DNA from: Myxococcales bacterium | GTDB taxonomy: Bacteria > Myxococcota_A > UBA9042 > JABWCM01 > BTVJ01 | Length of the DNA: 64,000 nt | Direction: 5' to 3' | Assembly (NCBI GenBank): GCA_045863395.1 | Contig: BTVJ01000040.1 | Span: forward strand, 1 to 64,000 | In this document: positions 19,033 through 29,276 of the stretch, in pieces | How the letters are laid out: each line of letters starts with the position of its first letter | How positions within the stretch are numbered: the stretch's first letter is position 1 | Position numbers and translations under genes: made by a program | The notes under the pieces: generated by a model | What the model was told of the DNA's origin: nothing | What the model saw: only the letters and a program-made list of their open reading frames with translations | Database searches by the model: none

Positions 19033-20043
19033 ATGACGCGTCGCCTCACTCACCTCGTCCTCGCCCCCGCGGTCCTCGTCGCGCTGGGGGCTGGTCCAGC
19101 GGTCGCGGACTGGGAGAGACTCTCCGCCGAGATCATGACCACCCGCATCGAGGTAGTCCTCCCTGCCGAGCACGCCGAGCAGGCGAAGCTGGTGTTCGAC
19201 GTGTTCGCGAAGGTCGACGCCCGCATGAGCGAGTGGAAGCCGACCTCGCCCCTGGCGGCAGTCAACGCGCGCGCCGGCGAGGCGGTGGAGGTGCCCCCCG
19301 ATCTCATTGCCATCGTGCGACGGGGCGTCGCCATCGGCGCAATGACCGAGGGGGCCTTCGACATCACGTGGGCGGCGCTGTGGGGCCTCTGGGACTTCAA
19401 CGCTCTCGCGCCCACGGTGCCCGATCCCGCCGCCGTGGCCAACCGCGCGGCGCTCGTGGACTACCGGCGCGTGGAGATCGACGAGGCGGCCGGCACCGTC
19501 CGCCTGCCGGCCCCGGGCATGAAGATCGGCCTCGGCGGCATCGCGAAGGGGTGGGCCCTCGATCAGGCGGCCGACGCCCTGCGCGCAGCCGATGTGCGGG
19601 ACTTCACCCTCTCCGCGGGGGGGCAGATCTATGCCAGCGGCCGCAAGGGGGACCGGCCGTGGCGAGTCGGCGTCAGGGACCCGCGCGGGGAGCCCGATGA
19701 CTGGTTCGCCGTCATCGAGGCGTCCGACGTGTCGGTCTCCACCAGCGGCGACTACGAGCGCTACTTCGTGCGAGGGGGCGTGCGCTACCACCACATCCTG
19801 GACCCGCGGACGGGCATGCCCACCCGCGGCGTCAGGAGCGCCACCGTCGTCTCGCGCGACGCCACGCTGGCCGACGCCCTCTCCACCGCGGTCATCGTGA
19901 TGGGGGTGCAGAGGGGCCTCGCGCTGGTGGAGGGGCTCATCGGGGCGCAGGCGCTCGTGGTGGACGACGCGGGGCGCGTGTGGATGACCAGCGGGCTCAA
20001 GGGACGGGTGACCATCGAGCACCCGCCGAGGAGGGAGCCGTGA
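19033..20043 (+). CDS. apbE: FAD:protein FMN transferase ApbE
   Basis: GAFDIT, IGLGGIAKGW, WRVGVRDPR, VSTSGDYERYF, YHHILDPRTG, ADALSTA. Confidence 0.95.
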   Translation: MTRRLTHLVLAPAVLVALGAGPAVADWERLSAEIMTTRIEVVLPAEHAEQAKLVFDVFAKVDARMSEWKPTSPLAAVNARAGEAVEVPPDLIAIVRRGVAIGAMTEGAFDITWAALWGLWDFNALAPTVPDPAAVANRAALVDYRRVEIDEAAGTVRLPAPGMKIGLGGIAKGWALDQAADALRAADVRDFTLSAGGQIYASGRKGDRPWRVGVRDPRGEPDDWFAVIEASDVSVSTSGDYERYFVRGGVRYHHILDPRTGMPTRGVRSATVVSRDATLADALSTAVIVMGVQRGLALVEGLIGAQALVVDDAGRVWMTSGLKGRVTIEHPPRREP

Positions 20044-20609
20044 CGCGACCGGTGGTGAGCCCGCGGAGGGCGGACAAGCGTTGGGACAAGAGCCGGCTCG
20101 ACGTCTTCGAGGCGCTCGCAGACGCCTGGCTGCGGCTCGTAGAGGGGGCAGCCGACACCGTCATCGCCGAGCCGGGGCCCGCGCCCGACGCGCGCCACGT
20201 CCCGCGGCTGCTCGGGCGGCGTCCCCCGGACGGGCGGCCCATCGCGGTGCTGCCCGGCGCGCACGTCCGGTGGCTCCTGGGTCGCAAGGGCGGCTTCTCG
20301 GTCACGGAGCAGACCCTTCGGGAGCTGCTCACCCTGCTCGACGGCCCGAGCGGTCCCGCCAGGCTCCAGGTGTGGGATCTCCAGGACCCGCTGCCAGACG
20401 AGCTCATCGACAAGCTCCAGGTGCGGGTTGGCGTGACCATCGAGCGCTTCGGCCCGGACCGCCTGGAGGAGGTCGTCCGGTGCGTGGGGCAGAGGCTCGT
20501 GCCGGGCGGCGAAGACCTGGACAACTGGCTGCTGCGGGCCTGGATGCTGCTGAGGCGCTTTCCCGCCGCCTGGCCGAGCGCCCTGGATGCGCGTGACGAA
20601 CACGACTAG
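20040..20609 (+). CDS. Hypothetical protein
   Basis: GTGA overlap with apbE; coding-like codon bias. Confidence 0.6.
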   Translation: MTRPVVSPRRADKRWDKSRLDVFEALADAWLRLVEGAADTVIAEPGPAPDARHVPRLLGRRPPDGRPIAVLPGAHVRWLLGRKGGFSVTEQTLRELLTLLDGPSGPARLQVWDLQDPLPDELIDKLQVRVGVTIERFGPDRLEEVVRCVGQRLVPGGEDLDNWLLRAWMLLRRFPAAWPSALDARDEHD

Positions 20610-20653
20610 ACTGCCTCGGCTCCCAGGAGCCGCCACCGTGCCGGAGGAACGAC

Positions 20654-21196
20654 GTGCCTGACCCCGCCCCGCTGCGCATCCTGCTCGCGCTCGCCCTCGG
20701 CCTGTGCGCCTGCAAGGACCAGGCGCTCTACGACCTGGACGCTTCCGACGCGGGGGCCGTCTACGACATCGCTCCGCCCCTGGACGCCACGGTCTCCATC
20801 CTGGCGCCGGCGCCGGGCGGGACCTTTGCGGCGGGCGGGACGGTGAGCTTCTCCATCGCGGTGGAGGGCTTCACGCTGGTCGCTCCGGTGGACAACCCCA
20901 TCAACGAGCGGGGCAGAGGGCATTGGCGCGTCTCGCTGGACTCGGCGGCGGGGGCGGAGCTCGCGCGCGGAGCGGACACGAGCTTCGACGTGACGTTGCC
21001 TGCGGACCTGTCCGGGGAGCACGAGCTGGTCGTCTCCCTGCGAGAGAAGAACGGCGACCACACCGGCATCGAGGCGCGGGTCGCCGCCGTGGTCGTCGGG
21101 GGCGTCGGGGGCGGCAGTGACGCGGGTGGGTCCGATGCGGCAGGCTCGGCGGACACGAGCGACGCGAGCGGCTCCGGGGCGGACGCCGGACCATGA
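20654..21196 (+). CDS. Lipoprotein with an Ig-like beta-sandwich domain
   Basis: Lipobox LGLCAC; VSILAP...GRGHWRVSLD...GEHELVVSLREKNGDH; RBS GGAGG. Confidence 0.65.
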   Translation: MPDPAPLRILLALALGLCACKDQALYDLDASDAGAVYDIAPPLDATVSILAPAPGGTFAAGGTVSFSIAVEGFTLVAPVDNPINERGRGHWRVSLDSAAGAELARGADTSFDVTLPADLSGEHELVVSLREKNGDHTGIEARVAAVVVGGVGGGSDAGGSDAAGSADTSDASGSGADAGP

Positions 21197-22239
21197 CCTC
21201 CCGAGCCCTCGGGCTGCTGCTCGTCATGCTGCTGCCGCACACCGCAGCGGCGTCCGCCTTCCCGTGGCGCCCCCTGGAGTTGGACGCTGCCCGGCGCGCC
21301 GCCAGGAGCGAGGCGAAGCCGCTGCTGGTCGACGTCTACACCACCTGGTGCGAGCCGTGCACGCGCCTGGAGCGCGTCGTGTTCGGCTCCCCGGAGGTCC
21401 TCGCGCTCGCGCCGCGCTTCGTCGGCATCCGCATCGACGCCGAGAAGGGGGGTGGTCCCGAAGTGGTGCGGCGCTTCGGCGTGGAGCGCTACCCGACCAC
21501 CTTGTTCCTGCGCTCCGACGGCACCGAGTGGGGGCGCATCGAGGGCTTCCGAGAGCTCCCCGGCTACCTGGAGACGCTGCGAGCCTTCCTCGACGGGAGG
21601 CCGGACCCGGCGGGGGGAGGGCGGGCCGCCAGCCCTGGTGGCGCCACCATCGTCGAGCGCTTCGCCGGCGCCTTCCGCAGCGCCCAGGGTCTGGAGCCCT
21701 CCGCCGTCGCGCTCCTCGCCAACCTCGAGGACGAGGACGCGAGTGGGGTGGCGGGGATCCGCGATCAGGCGACCCTCGCGCGCGCCGAGCTGCTCAGCGC
21801 CCTGGGGCGCCCACAGGAGGCGGCGCGCCTGCTCGCGCCCCTCGCGCGGGGTGCCTCCGCCCTCGCCGGCGATGCGGCCTTTGCCCTCGCCGTGGCCCAG
21901 GGGCGCGCCGGGGATCCGGTCGCCGGTACCCGGCTGCTGGTGCAGCGCGCCCGCAGGTCCAAGGATCCTGGCGACGTCTGGAAGGTTGCTCGCTACTGCG
22001 TGACCACGGATGGGGCGCCCATCGCAGTGGCCCGCAAGCTCGTGACGGCCGCGCTGGATCGTAGCCCGAGGAGCGACCTCCTCTGGCTGGCGCGCGCCGA
22101 CCTGGACGAGGCTGGTGGGCGCCTGGACCTGGCGCTCGAGGCCGTGAGCGCAGCGGCCGCCCTGCGCCCGGAGCTGCCGTACCTGGCGGAGCGCGCCGCG
22201 CGGCTCCGCTCGGGCTCGCCCCGCGAGGGAGGCCGATGA
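21193..22239 (+). CDS. Exported thioredoxin-like (CxxC) protein with TPR-like helical C-terminus
   Basis: KPLLVDVYTTWCEPCTRL, cis-Pro loop YPTTLFL; signal peptide. Confidence 0.8.
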   Translation: MTSRALGLLLVMLLPHTAAASAFPWRPLELDAARRAARSEAKPLLVDVYTTWCEPCTRLERVVFGSPEVLALAPRFVGIRIDAEKGGGPEVVRRFGVERYPTTLFLRSDGTEWGRIEGFRELPGYLETLRAFLDGRPDPAGGGRAASPGGATIVERFAGAFRSAQGLEPSAVALLANLEDEDASGVAGIRDQATLARAELLSALGRPQEAARLLAPLARGASALAGDAAFALAVAQGRAGDPVAGTRLLVQRARRSKDPGDVWKVARYCVTTDGAPIAVARKLVTAALDRSPRSDLLWLARADLDEAGGRLDLALEAVSAAAALRPELPYLAERAARLRSGSPREGGR

Positions 22240-23603
22240 CCGAGCGCTCCTTCGATGTGGTGGTGGTGGGTGGCGGCAGCGCTGGCGCCGCAGTGGCGTG
22301 CCTCCTCGCGCAGCGCGGCCGCCGGGTCGCGGTGGTGGAGCGCCGCCAGGCCGACCGCGCCGGCGCCCGCTGGGTCAACGGCATCCCTGCGTGGGCCTTC
22401 GACCGGGCCGGCATCCACGCGCCGGCTCCTCCCGAGCGCCTCGGGGCGGCGGGCGTCGCCCATGCCTGCGTGTTGTCGGTGCCCGGCGCTGCCGCGAGCC
22501 TGCGTCTGCCGGACAGCCCCGTCGTCGACGTGGACATGCGCCGCCTAGTGGCCCGCCTGCGAGAGTCCGGCGCCCTCGCCGGCGTCGAGGTCGTGCACGG
22601 GCGTGTGGCTGCGCTGGAGCTTCTCGACGGGCGCCCCGACGCGGTGATCGTCGAGCCCTCGGCCCCTGGACCTCGCCTCCGCCTGCGGGCCCGCCTGGTC
22701 ATTGACGCGAGCGGGCTGGCGGGCGCGGTCCGACGTCGGGTCCCTGAGCTGGTCCGCCTCTGCCCCGACCCCGCGCGCGACGATCTGTGCTCCGCGGCCC
22801 AGTTCCAGCACGCGGTGGTCGACTCGGAGGCCGGCCGTCGTTTCCTGGAGCGCCACGGAGCGCGTCCCGGAGAGAGCCTGGCGCTCACCGCCGTCGCGGG
22901 CGGCTTCTCGGTCCTCACCCTGTTCACGACCCGCGCCATGGACCAGGTGGGCGTCCTCACCGGGTCCATCCCGGCACTGGGGCACCCGACCGGCGCACGG
23001 CTCCACCACGAGTTCGTCGTGGCCAACCCCTGGATCGGCGCGCCCCTGTTCGGCGGACACGGGGCGATCCCGCTGCGGCGCCCGTATACGACCCTCGTCT
23101 CGCCCGGCGTCGCGCTGGTCGGCGACGCCGCCTCCCAGGTCTACGGCGCCCACGGGAGTGGGGTCGCCATGGGCCTCGTGGCCGCGCGCATGTTGGCGGA
23201 CGCCGTGGGCTCCCACGGGGATCCGGGCGACCCGGAGCGCCTCCACGCGCGCTACGCCGCACCCTTCCATCGGGAGTACGGTGGGCTCCTGGCGGGCTCC
23301 GACGTCTTCCGTCGCTTCTCCCAGAGGCTCACACAAGAGGACGTCGCGTCCCTGCTCGGCAGCGGCCTCCTCTCGCTGGACGTCCTGGCGGCGGCCCTCG
23401 GCCAGCGCCCTCCGCGCCCGACCCGTCGGTCCGCCGCCCAGGCTGCTCGCGGCGCCGTCAGGGCACCCCGCCTCGCCGCCCGTCTTGGCCCGGCAATCGC
23501 ACGCATCGCTGCGCTGCATCACTTGTATGGAGTGTATCCGGAGCGCCTGGACGGAGTGACCCTGGCGCGCTTCGAGGCGACGGTGCGGCGCGTCAGCGGC
23601 TGA
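22236..23603 (+). CDS. FAD-dependent oxidoreductase (geranylgeranyl reductase/halogenase-like superfamily)
   Basis: FDVVVVGGGSAG, VIDASG, ALVGDAA...GSGVAMG. Confidence 0.85.
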   Translation: MTERSFDVVVVGGGSAGAAVACLLAQRGRRVAVVERRQADRAGARWVNGIPAWAFDRAGIHAPAPPERLGAAGVAHACVLSVPGAAASLRLPDSPVVDVDMRRLVARLRESGALAGVEVVHGRVAALELLDGRPDAVIVEPSAPGPRLRLRARLVIDASGLAGAVRRRVPELVRLCPDPARDDLCSAAQFQHAVVDSEAGRRFLERHGARPGESLALTAVAGGFSVLTLFTTRAMDQVGVLTGSIPALGHPTGARLHHEFVVANPWIGAPLFGGHGAIPLRRPYTTLVSPGVALVGDAASQVYGAHGSGVAMGLVAARMLADAVGSHGDPGDPERLHARYAAPFHREYGGLLAGSDVFRRFSQRLTQEDVASLLGSGLLSLDVLAAALGQRPPRPTRRSAAQAARGAVRAPRLAARLGPAIARIAALHHLYGVYPERLDGVTLARFEATVRRVSG

Positions 23604-24443
23604 TCATCTCCCCCGCTCGATGGCCTCCCGCAGCTCCCGTTCCCGGCGGATGGCGCGCACGAGGAACACGCTCGCGCTGCCGACCAGCAGCAGCGCGACG
23701 GCGTAGAGCCCTACGTAGATCGCGTTGTCGCCGGGCTCCTCGCCGTCCACGAGCAGGAACGCCCGGTCCAGCGGAGTGTGCAGGGAGCCGCCGTAGAACT
23801 GGACGATGTTGCGGGCCCAGCCCGGCGCCTCCACGAGGCGGACCAGGCGCCCCTTGGCCTCGAAGCTCGCGGTCAGGTCGTGGGGGAACAGCCGCCTGTC
23901 CTGGAGCAGCGGCACGAGCCGATCATCGATGGGGATGGTCATCAGGCGCGACTTCTCGGGCAGCTCGCGCCGGGTGCGGACGATGGTGTCCGAGATGGGG
24001 TCCAGGAAGTACAGGTACTTGTCGGTCTCGGCGACCTGCGTGATCGCGAGGCCCTCCACGTGGACGTAGCTCCCGCCTTGCGCCACGTCCGCGAGTCCCT
24101 TCCCCTGCGCGTAGAGGTCGCGCACGTTGCCCAGCTCGACGGGCTTCGAATCGGCGAAGAAGTACGCGGCGTCGCGCCGGGTGGACCACAGGCTCAACGC
24201 GCTGACCAGCAAGATGACCACCAGCGCGGCCGTCCGCATGGAGCGCCCGCGCCGTGCCCTGGCCAGGGCAGAGGCGATGTCGTCTTCGCCCTCGTCCTCC
24301 TCCGGCGGGAGGTTGGGGCCGACGCGCAGGCCCTTCCCTGACTCGTCCCACCGCTTGAAGGACTCGAGGAGGCGCCGGTCGCGCTCCTCGGGCGTCATGG
24401 GCTGCTCGTCTTGGGGTCGTCGGTCGTCCGTCACGGGTGCCAC
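23604..24443 (-). CDS. Hypothetical membrane protein (2 TM flanking an extracytoplasmic domain)
   Basis: Hydrophobic segments AALVVILLVSALSLW and IYVGLYAVALLLVG; strong codon bias. Confidence 0.7.
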   Translation of the reverse strand: MAPVTDDRRPQDEQPMTPEERDRRLLESFKRWDESGKGLRVGPNLPPEEDEGEDDIASALARARRGRSMRTAALVVILLVSALSLWSTRRDAAYFFADSKPVELGNVRDLYAQGKGLADVAQGGSYVHVEGLAITQVAETDKYLYFLDPISDTIVRTRRELPEKSRLMTIPIDDRLVPLLQDRRLFPHDLTASFEAKGRLVRLVEAPGWARNIVQFYGGSLHTPLDRAFLLVDGEEPGDNAIYVGLYAVALLLVGSASVFLVRAIRRERELREAIERGR

Positions 24444-24476
24444 TGACCGGGTGAGGGGTCGAAAGTTCCGGCGCGG

Positions 24477-25109
24477 CTAGAACTTGAAGCCGACGCCCGC
24501 CTGCCCGATGAGGCCGAAGGTCACGAAGCCGCCGGGCGCGCCGATGTCGGGGCCGAGCCGCAGGTCCGCCCACAGCATGAAGGGGCCCTTGGGCACGAAC
24601 TCCGTCCCGAAGCCGAAGAGGAGTGGGATGGACGCGACGACGGCCGGGTGGACGATCAGGTCTACGGGGATGTCGAACGAGAAGAGGATGTTGACCTTCT
24701 GAGACACCGCGTAGCTGCCGGCCAGCCCCAGCCCGAGGCGGATGTCGAAGGCGAAGACCGGTGTGTACCCCAGGCCGACTCCGATCTCGGGCCGGAGCGC
24801 CAGATGGAGGTCGCCGTCGGACAGGAACTCGTAGCGCATCTCCGCGGTGAGCGTGTTCCCGAAGAAGCAGCAGGAGTTGACGCTCGGGAAGCCGTAGACG
24901 AACCCCAGCTTGGGCGCGATCTCGAAGTCCGACGTGATCGGCGCATGGTACGCCACGTGGAAGTCCGGCCAGCCGACCCCGACGCGCAGCCCTCCGTCGT
25001 GCACGCCGAGGGTGTCGCCGCCCAACAACGACCAGTCCGCGGCCCGGGCGGTAGTGCTCGCCGTCACGACCAGAAGCACCGCTAGCCCCACATTTCGCAA
25101 CGCTCGCAT
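24477..25109 (-). CDS. Small outer-membrane beta-barrel protein
   Basis: Signal peptide (ARA-A), amphipathic strands, C-terminal AGVGFKF beta-signal; RBS GAGGAG. Confidence 0.7.
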   Translation of the reverse strand: MRALRNVGLAVLLVVTASTTARAADWSLLGGDTLGVHDGGLRVGVGWPDFHVAYHAPITSDFEIAPKLGFVYGFPSVNSCCFFGNTLTAEMRYEFLSDGDLHLALRPEIGVGLGYTPVFAFDIRLGLGLAGSYAVSQKVNILFSFDIPVDLIVHPAVVASIPLLFGFGTEFVPKGPFMLWADLRLGPDIGAPGGFVTFGLIGQAGVGFKF

Positions 25110-25330
25110 GTTCTCCTCTCTCATCCCGTCATGGCGGCACTGCCGCGCTCCGTCCCCCACCCGCTGCGGCGTCTCCGCGCCGGGTTCGCCGCGAGTCTAG
25201 TACCGATCCTCCGAGCGGTCCAGGTTTGCTCAAGCCTCCGCCGAAGGACGGGTCGGTCTTTGCGCGCAATCGCGGGTGAACGAGGTCGAAGTCGCGCCCG
25301 ACCCGCCACCAACCGCACCTGGAGGAAGCC

Positions 25331-26659
25331 ATGAGCCGTCTCTTTGGACACCGACCACACGCCGCCACCAGCCACCTGCGCGCCGTCGCCTCGGCCACCT
25401 CTGATGCTACCCTGCTCCTCGTCCGCACCATCGACGGGGTCCTCGTGCGGACCCCGATCTCGTCGGCCGGCCTCGACCTGCCGGGGGCGCGCGTCGTGCC
25501 GGGCGAAGGCGGCGCGCTCATCCACCGGCGGGGCGCGGAGGTTCTGCTCGTCGACGGGGAGCGGGTAGGGGGGGGCGGGTCCCGCTTGACCGCCGGCGCC
25601 GTCATCCAGGTGGGGCGCGCTCGCTGGGTGGCCCTGTCCAGCCGGCAGACCGCAAGCGGAGACCCCTACTGCGCCCTCGTGGACATGCTCGGCGGGGACG
25701 ATGCGTCCATCGCAGCCCTGGAGCAGGTGGCGCTCCTCGCCCGTACCAGCGCGCCGATCCTCATCACGGGCGAGTCGGGCACCGGCAAGGAGGTCGCTGC
25801 CCACGCCATCCACGCCCTCGGGGCCCGGGCGGCGCGGCCCCTGGTCGCCCTGAACTGCGCAGCACTCCCGGAGAGCCTCGCAGAGGCGGAGCTGTTCGGG
25901 TGGGCCCGCGGCGCCTTCACGGGGGCCACCGAGGCGCGCCAGGGGCTGTTCGAGCGGGCGGACGGGGGTGCCCTGTTCCTCGACGAGGTCGGCGAGCTGA
26001 GCCCCGCCATGCAGGCCAGGCTGCTGCGGGTGCTGGACACGGGGGAGGTGCGCCGCGTCGGAGAGCGCGAGACCCGGCGGGTCGACGTGCGGATCGTCAG
26101 CGCCACGCACCGCGACCTGCCGGCGGCCGTCAGGGCGGGCACCTTCCGCATGGATCTCCTCTACCGGCTCCGCGTCCTGCACCTGAGTCTGCCTCCGTTG
26201 CGGGCGCGTCCCGGCGACATCGCGGCGCTCAGTGAGGCCATGCTGCGCCGCATGGGGTGTGGCGGGCTGACGCTGTCCAGAGCGGCGCTGGATGTCCTGC
26301 GGCACCACCCATGGCTCGGAAACGTGAGGGAGCTTCGCAACGTCCTGCAGAGGGCCGCCGTCCTCACCGCGGGGCCCGTCATCGAGCCGTGCGACCTTCA
26401 CCTCGACGAGGCCGCTCCGCCGCTCGATGCGGCCGTCCCGCCACCCCTCCACCCTCTGTCCCCCGCAGTGCCGCAGCGGCGCATCGTGGAGGAGCTCCTG
26501 CGGCAGGGGGGCCACAGGCGCCGCGCCTATGAGGCGCTCGACATACCGCGGTCGACCTTCTATCGGTGGATGCAGCAGAACCGGCAGGTTCTGGCGGCCC
26601 ATGGGCTCGATGGGCCGGATGGCCGCGCACGCCGTGGCTGGGACGGTCGAGCCGGTTGA
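25331..26659 (+). CDS. Sigma54-dependent enhancer-binding protein (degenerate FHA-like N-terminus, AAA+, HTH)
   Basis: GESGTGKE, ELFGWARGAFTGA, FLDEVGE, WLGNVRELRN, IPRSTFYRW. Confidence 0.9.
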   Translation: MSRLFGHRPHAATSHLRAVASATSDATLLLVRTIDGVLVRTPISSAGLDLPGARVVPGEGGALIHRRGAEVLLVDGERVGGGGSRLTAGAVIQVGRARWVALSSRQTASGDPYCALVDMLGGDDASIAALEQVALLARTSAPILITGESGTGKEVAAHAIHALGARAARPLVALNCAALPESLAEAELFGWARGAFTGATEARQGLFERADGGALFLDEVGELSPAMQARLLRVLDTGEVRRVGERETRRVDVRIVSATHRDLPAAVRAGTFRMDLLYRLRVLHLSLPPLRARPGDIAALSEAMLRRMGCGGLTLSRAALDVLRHHPWLGNVRELRNVLQRAAVLTAGPVIEPCDLHLDEAAPPLDAAVPPPLHPLSPAVPQRRIVEELLRQGGHRRRAYEALDIPRSTFYRWMQQNRQVLAAHGLDGPDGRARRGWDGRAG

Positions 26660-26683
26660 CAACCCCCGTCGTGGTTGTATGAT
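26656..26683 (+). promoter_or_regulatory. Near-consensus sigma70 promoter
   Basis: TTGACA (26656-26661), 16-nt spacer, TATGAT (26678-26683), upstream of the 26769 ORF. Confidence 0.6.
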
Positions 26684-26768
26684 CGCCCGGCGTCTGCCCG
26701 CCTTGTCGAACGGTCTCCGATGGCCCGGGCCGTCGGCGTCTTCTCCGTGAGCGGAGTCTGGAGGCTCG

Positions 26769-27131
26769 GTGATCCGGGAGCACAGCCGGTTCCAGCTCGA
26801 AGCGACCAAGTTGGGTCGTGACGTGGTGTTCCAGGTGACGGTCTTCGAGAAGAAGGAGCGCCGTGGGACCCGGCTCTACGCAGAGACGCAGTGCTCAGAC
26901 CCGTACCACCACATCATCCAGTTCATCATCCGCGAGGCCCAGTCCTTCGACGAGGTGCTCGTCAAGTTCGAGAGCCTGCTCCTGCACCGGGGCTTCACGC
27001 CGCTCCGCTACCGGATCTACGCGACGGGGGAGAACGGCCGAGCCGGCAAGTGGCGGGAGTGGCTGCTCATCGACCCCGACGCCCTGCCCGTCGAGGGCGA
27101 CGGGGCCGGTGCGGTCTCCGGCGATTCGTAG
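26769..27131 (+). CDS. Hypothetical cytoplasmic protein
   Basis: GTG start with GGAGG RBS, strong GC3 bias, own promoter. Confidence 0.75.
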   Translation: MIREHSRFQLEATKLGRDVVFQVTVFEKKERRGTRLYAETQCSDPYHHIIQFIIREAQSFDEVLVKFESLLLHRGFTPLRYRIYATGENGRAGKWREWLLIDPDALPVEGDGAGAVSGDS

Positions 27132-27152
27132 CCTCGGATCCGTGCCCGCCGG

Positions 27153-29078
27153 TCAGCCCTTGCGCCTCAGCCTTCGCACCTCGCCCACCCGCAGCGTCAC
27201 CTTCTCTGCGTCGAAGTACTCCCCCAGTGGGATCGTGTACTTGCGGCTGGATCCGGTCATCTCCTTGAACTGGGGCGTCGTGATCTCTCCCTCGCGCTCC
27301 AGGAACGCCACGAGCTGGGCGCGCAGCGCGTCCATGGCAGGCCGGGCGAACAGGAGGTCGGTCCGCACCCGCACCAGCGCACCCTCTCGGACGAGGGCGT
27401 CCAGGGCCTCGCGCACGATGGCTTCCGTGAAGCCGAGGGCGGCGCCGGCCTCCTGAGGGGTCGGCGGCTCCAGGCGCGCGGCCTCGAAGTGGGCGAGGAG
27501 GGCGTCTCGGACCTTCTGGAGTTGGCCCGTCACCTTCGGCTGGAAGCTGTGCAAGCGGACGGCGTCGGCGTCCGAGACCACGCGCCCCTTGCGCTCCAGG
27601 GACTGGATGAGGTGCCCGAACAGGCGAGTGTCGAGGCCGCCGCGGAGGCGGGTGCGCAGCTCCTCGCGGGAGATGCCGGGTCGCGCCGGGTTCCGGTCGT
27701 GGAAGCTGCGCAAGAGCCGCAGCACCTGGTCCACCAGGCGCTCCCACGGCTCGGCGTGGACCCACGTCGGGTCGTCAGCGTCCGTCGCGACCGCGCGCCC
27801 CTGGGCTCGCAGCCCCTCCAGGATGCCCGGCAGGTCGTCGACCCGCAGGCGCCGGCGGAGCCACCGCTGTGAGAGGCCGCTCTCCCCGGCGGCGCGGAGC
27901 AGCGCCTCCGCGCGGGTCCCGTCGTCGCCGTCGCGCAGCGCCCGCAGCGTGGCGACCGTGTCCGCCTCGGTCGTGCGGTGCTTTCGCGGGTGCGGGTCGA
28001 GGACCCGGCCGCCCCCCTCGGTCTTGCCGTAGTTGGCGAGCACCTCGAAGCCTCGCAGGATGAAGGGGTCGCCCGGCAGCACGACGACCGGCGAGTCGAG
28101 CCGGATCTGCACCAGGGCCTCACCCCCCGGCTCCACCTCGGCCCGGTCGAGCAGCACCACCGTCGCCAGGATCTGCGACGTCCCTGTGTGCACCAGGGCC
28201 TTGGAGCGCTGGCCGAGCGGGCGCCCCAGGTTTGGGAGGACCCGCAGCGAGGCGTCGAACATGGACGTCGGCTCGAGCTCGCCCGCGCGGATCAGGACCG
28301 AGCCCCGGTGCGCCTCGCTCTTCTCGACCCCCTGCACGTTGATCGCCGCGCGGCTGCCCGCGCCTACCCTCTCGGCGCCCGCCCCGTGGACCTCGATGCC
28401 TCGGACTCGCCCCTGCAGCGCCTCGGGCAACAGCAGTACCTCCTCTCCCAGCGCCACTTGGCCGCTCTGGACGGTGCCGGTGACCACCGTCCCGAAGCCA
28501 CGCACCGTGAACACGCGATCCACGGGCAGCTTGAAGGGCTGCGTCAGGTCGCGCCTCGGCGCGCGCGGGAACAGGTCGACCAGGAGCTGGCGCAGCGTCG
28601 CGCCGAAGCTCGCGGCGAGCCCGGGATCGACAGCGGAGAAGCGCAGGATGGGGGACCCCTCCAGGAACGTGCCTGCGACGAAGGTCTGGACATCGTCCTC
28701 GACCAGAAGGAGCCACTCCTCGTCGACCAGGTCCACCTTGGTGAGGACGACCACCCCGTGGCGCACACCGAGCAGGCGACAGATGTCCAGGTGCTCGCGC
28801 GTCTGGGGCATGACGCCCTCGTCGGCGGCGATGACGAGGAGCACGACGTCCACGCCGACCGCACCGGCGATCATCTGACGCACGAACTTCTCGTGCCCGG
28901 GGACGTCGACGACCCCGGCGCGCTGGCCGTTCGGGAGGTCGAGCCAGGCGAAGCCCAGCTCGATGGAGATGCCCCGCTCCTTCTCCTCCTTCAGGCGATC
29001 CGTGTCGATGCCCGTGAGGGAGCGGATGAGGGTCGTCTTGCCGTGGTCGATGTGACCCGCTGTGCCGAGGATGATCAT
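27153..29078 (-). CDS. selB: Selenocysteine-specific elongation factor SelB
   Basis: [38 protein letters not shown]-terminal winged helix [13 protein letters not shown]. Confidence 0.97.
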   Translation of the reverse strand: MIILGTAGHIDHGKTTLIRSLTGIDTDRLKEEKERGISIELGFAWLDLPNGQRAGVVDVPGHEKFVRQMIAGAVGVDVVLLVIAADEGVMPQTREHLDICRLLGVRHGVVVLTKVDLVDEEWLLLVEDDVQTFVAGTFLEGSPILRFSAVDPGLAASFGATLRQLLVDLFPRAPRRDLTQPFKLPVDRVFTVRGFGTVVTGTVQSGQVALGEEVLLLPEALQGRVRGIEVHGAGAERVGAGSRAAINVQGVEKSEAHRGSVLIRAGELEPTSMFDASLRVLPNLGRPLGQRSKALVHTGTSQILATVVLLDRAEVEPGGEALVQIRLDSPVVVLPGDPFILRGFEVLANYGKTEGGGRVLDPHPRKHRTTEADTVATLRALRDGDDGTRAEALLRAAGESGLSQRWLRRRLRVDDLPGILEGLRAQGRAVATDADDPTWVHAEPWERLVDQVLRLLRSFHDRNPARPGISREELRTRLRGGLDTRLFGHLIQSLERKGRVVSDADAVRLHSFQPKVTGQLQKVRDALLAHFEAARLEPPTPQEAGAALGFTEAIVREALDALVREGALVRVRTDLLFARPAMDALRAQLVAFLEREGEITTPQFKEMTGSSRKYTIPLGEYFDAEKVTLRVGEVRRLRRKG

Positions 29079-29113
29079 GGAATAGAATCGAGATGTTCCG
29101 GGCCGTGATGTGG

Positions 29114-29210
29114 TTGACCCGGGGGCGCGCCCGGTGCTACCATCCCGCGATCTGGAGTGTCACCGGCGGGACCCCGGCTCCTTATAGGGGTGCCCGACGC
29201 GCCCTGTCAA
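29114..29210. promoter_or_regulatory. Face-to-face sigma70-like promoters for the TPR gene (+) and selB (-)
   Basis: Plus strand TTGACC-N18-TACCAT with extended TG (29114-29143); minus strand TTGACA-N18-TATAAG (29210-29181). Confidence 0.45.
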
Positions 29211-29276
29211 GCGAGCGCCCCAGCGCGGGCTGGGTGAGGAGTGCGGGCCGCGAGCCCGAGGAGAGTCACCTCGCAC

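Noticed and set aside
25248..25270. Sigma54 -24/-12 site (GG-N10-GC) and TTGCGCGCAA palindrome upstream of the EBP gene
   Set aside because: The -24 element lacks TGGCAC, so the match is too weak to call
29079..29276. tRNA-Sec (selC) or SECIS element near selB
   Set aside because: No cloverleaf, TCA anticodon arm or T-loop was recognisable, and no neighbouring ORF needs UGA readthrough
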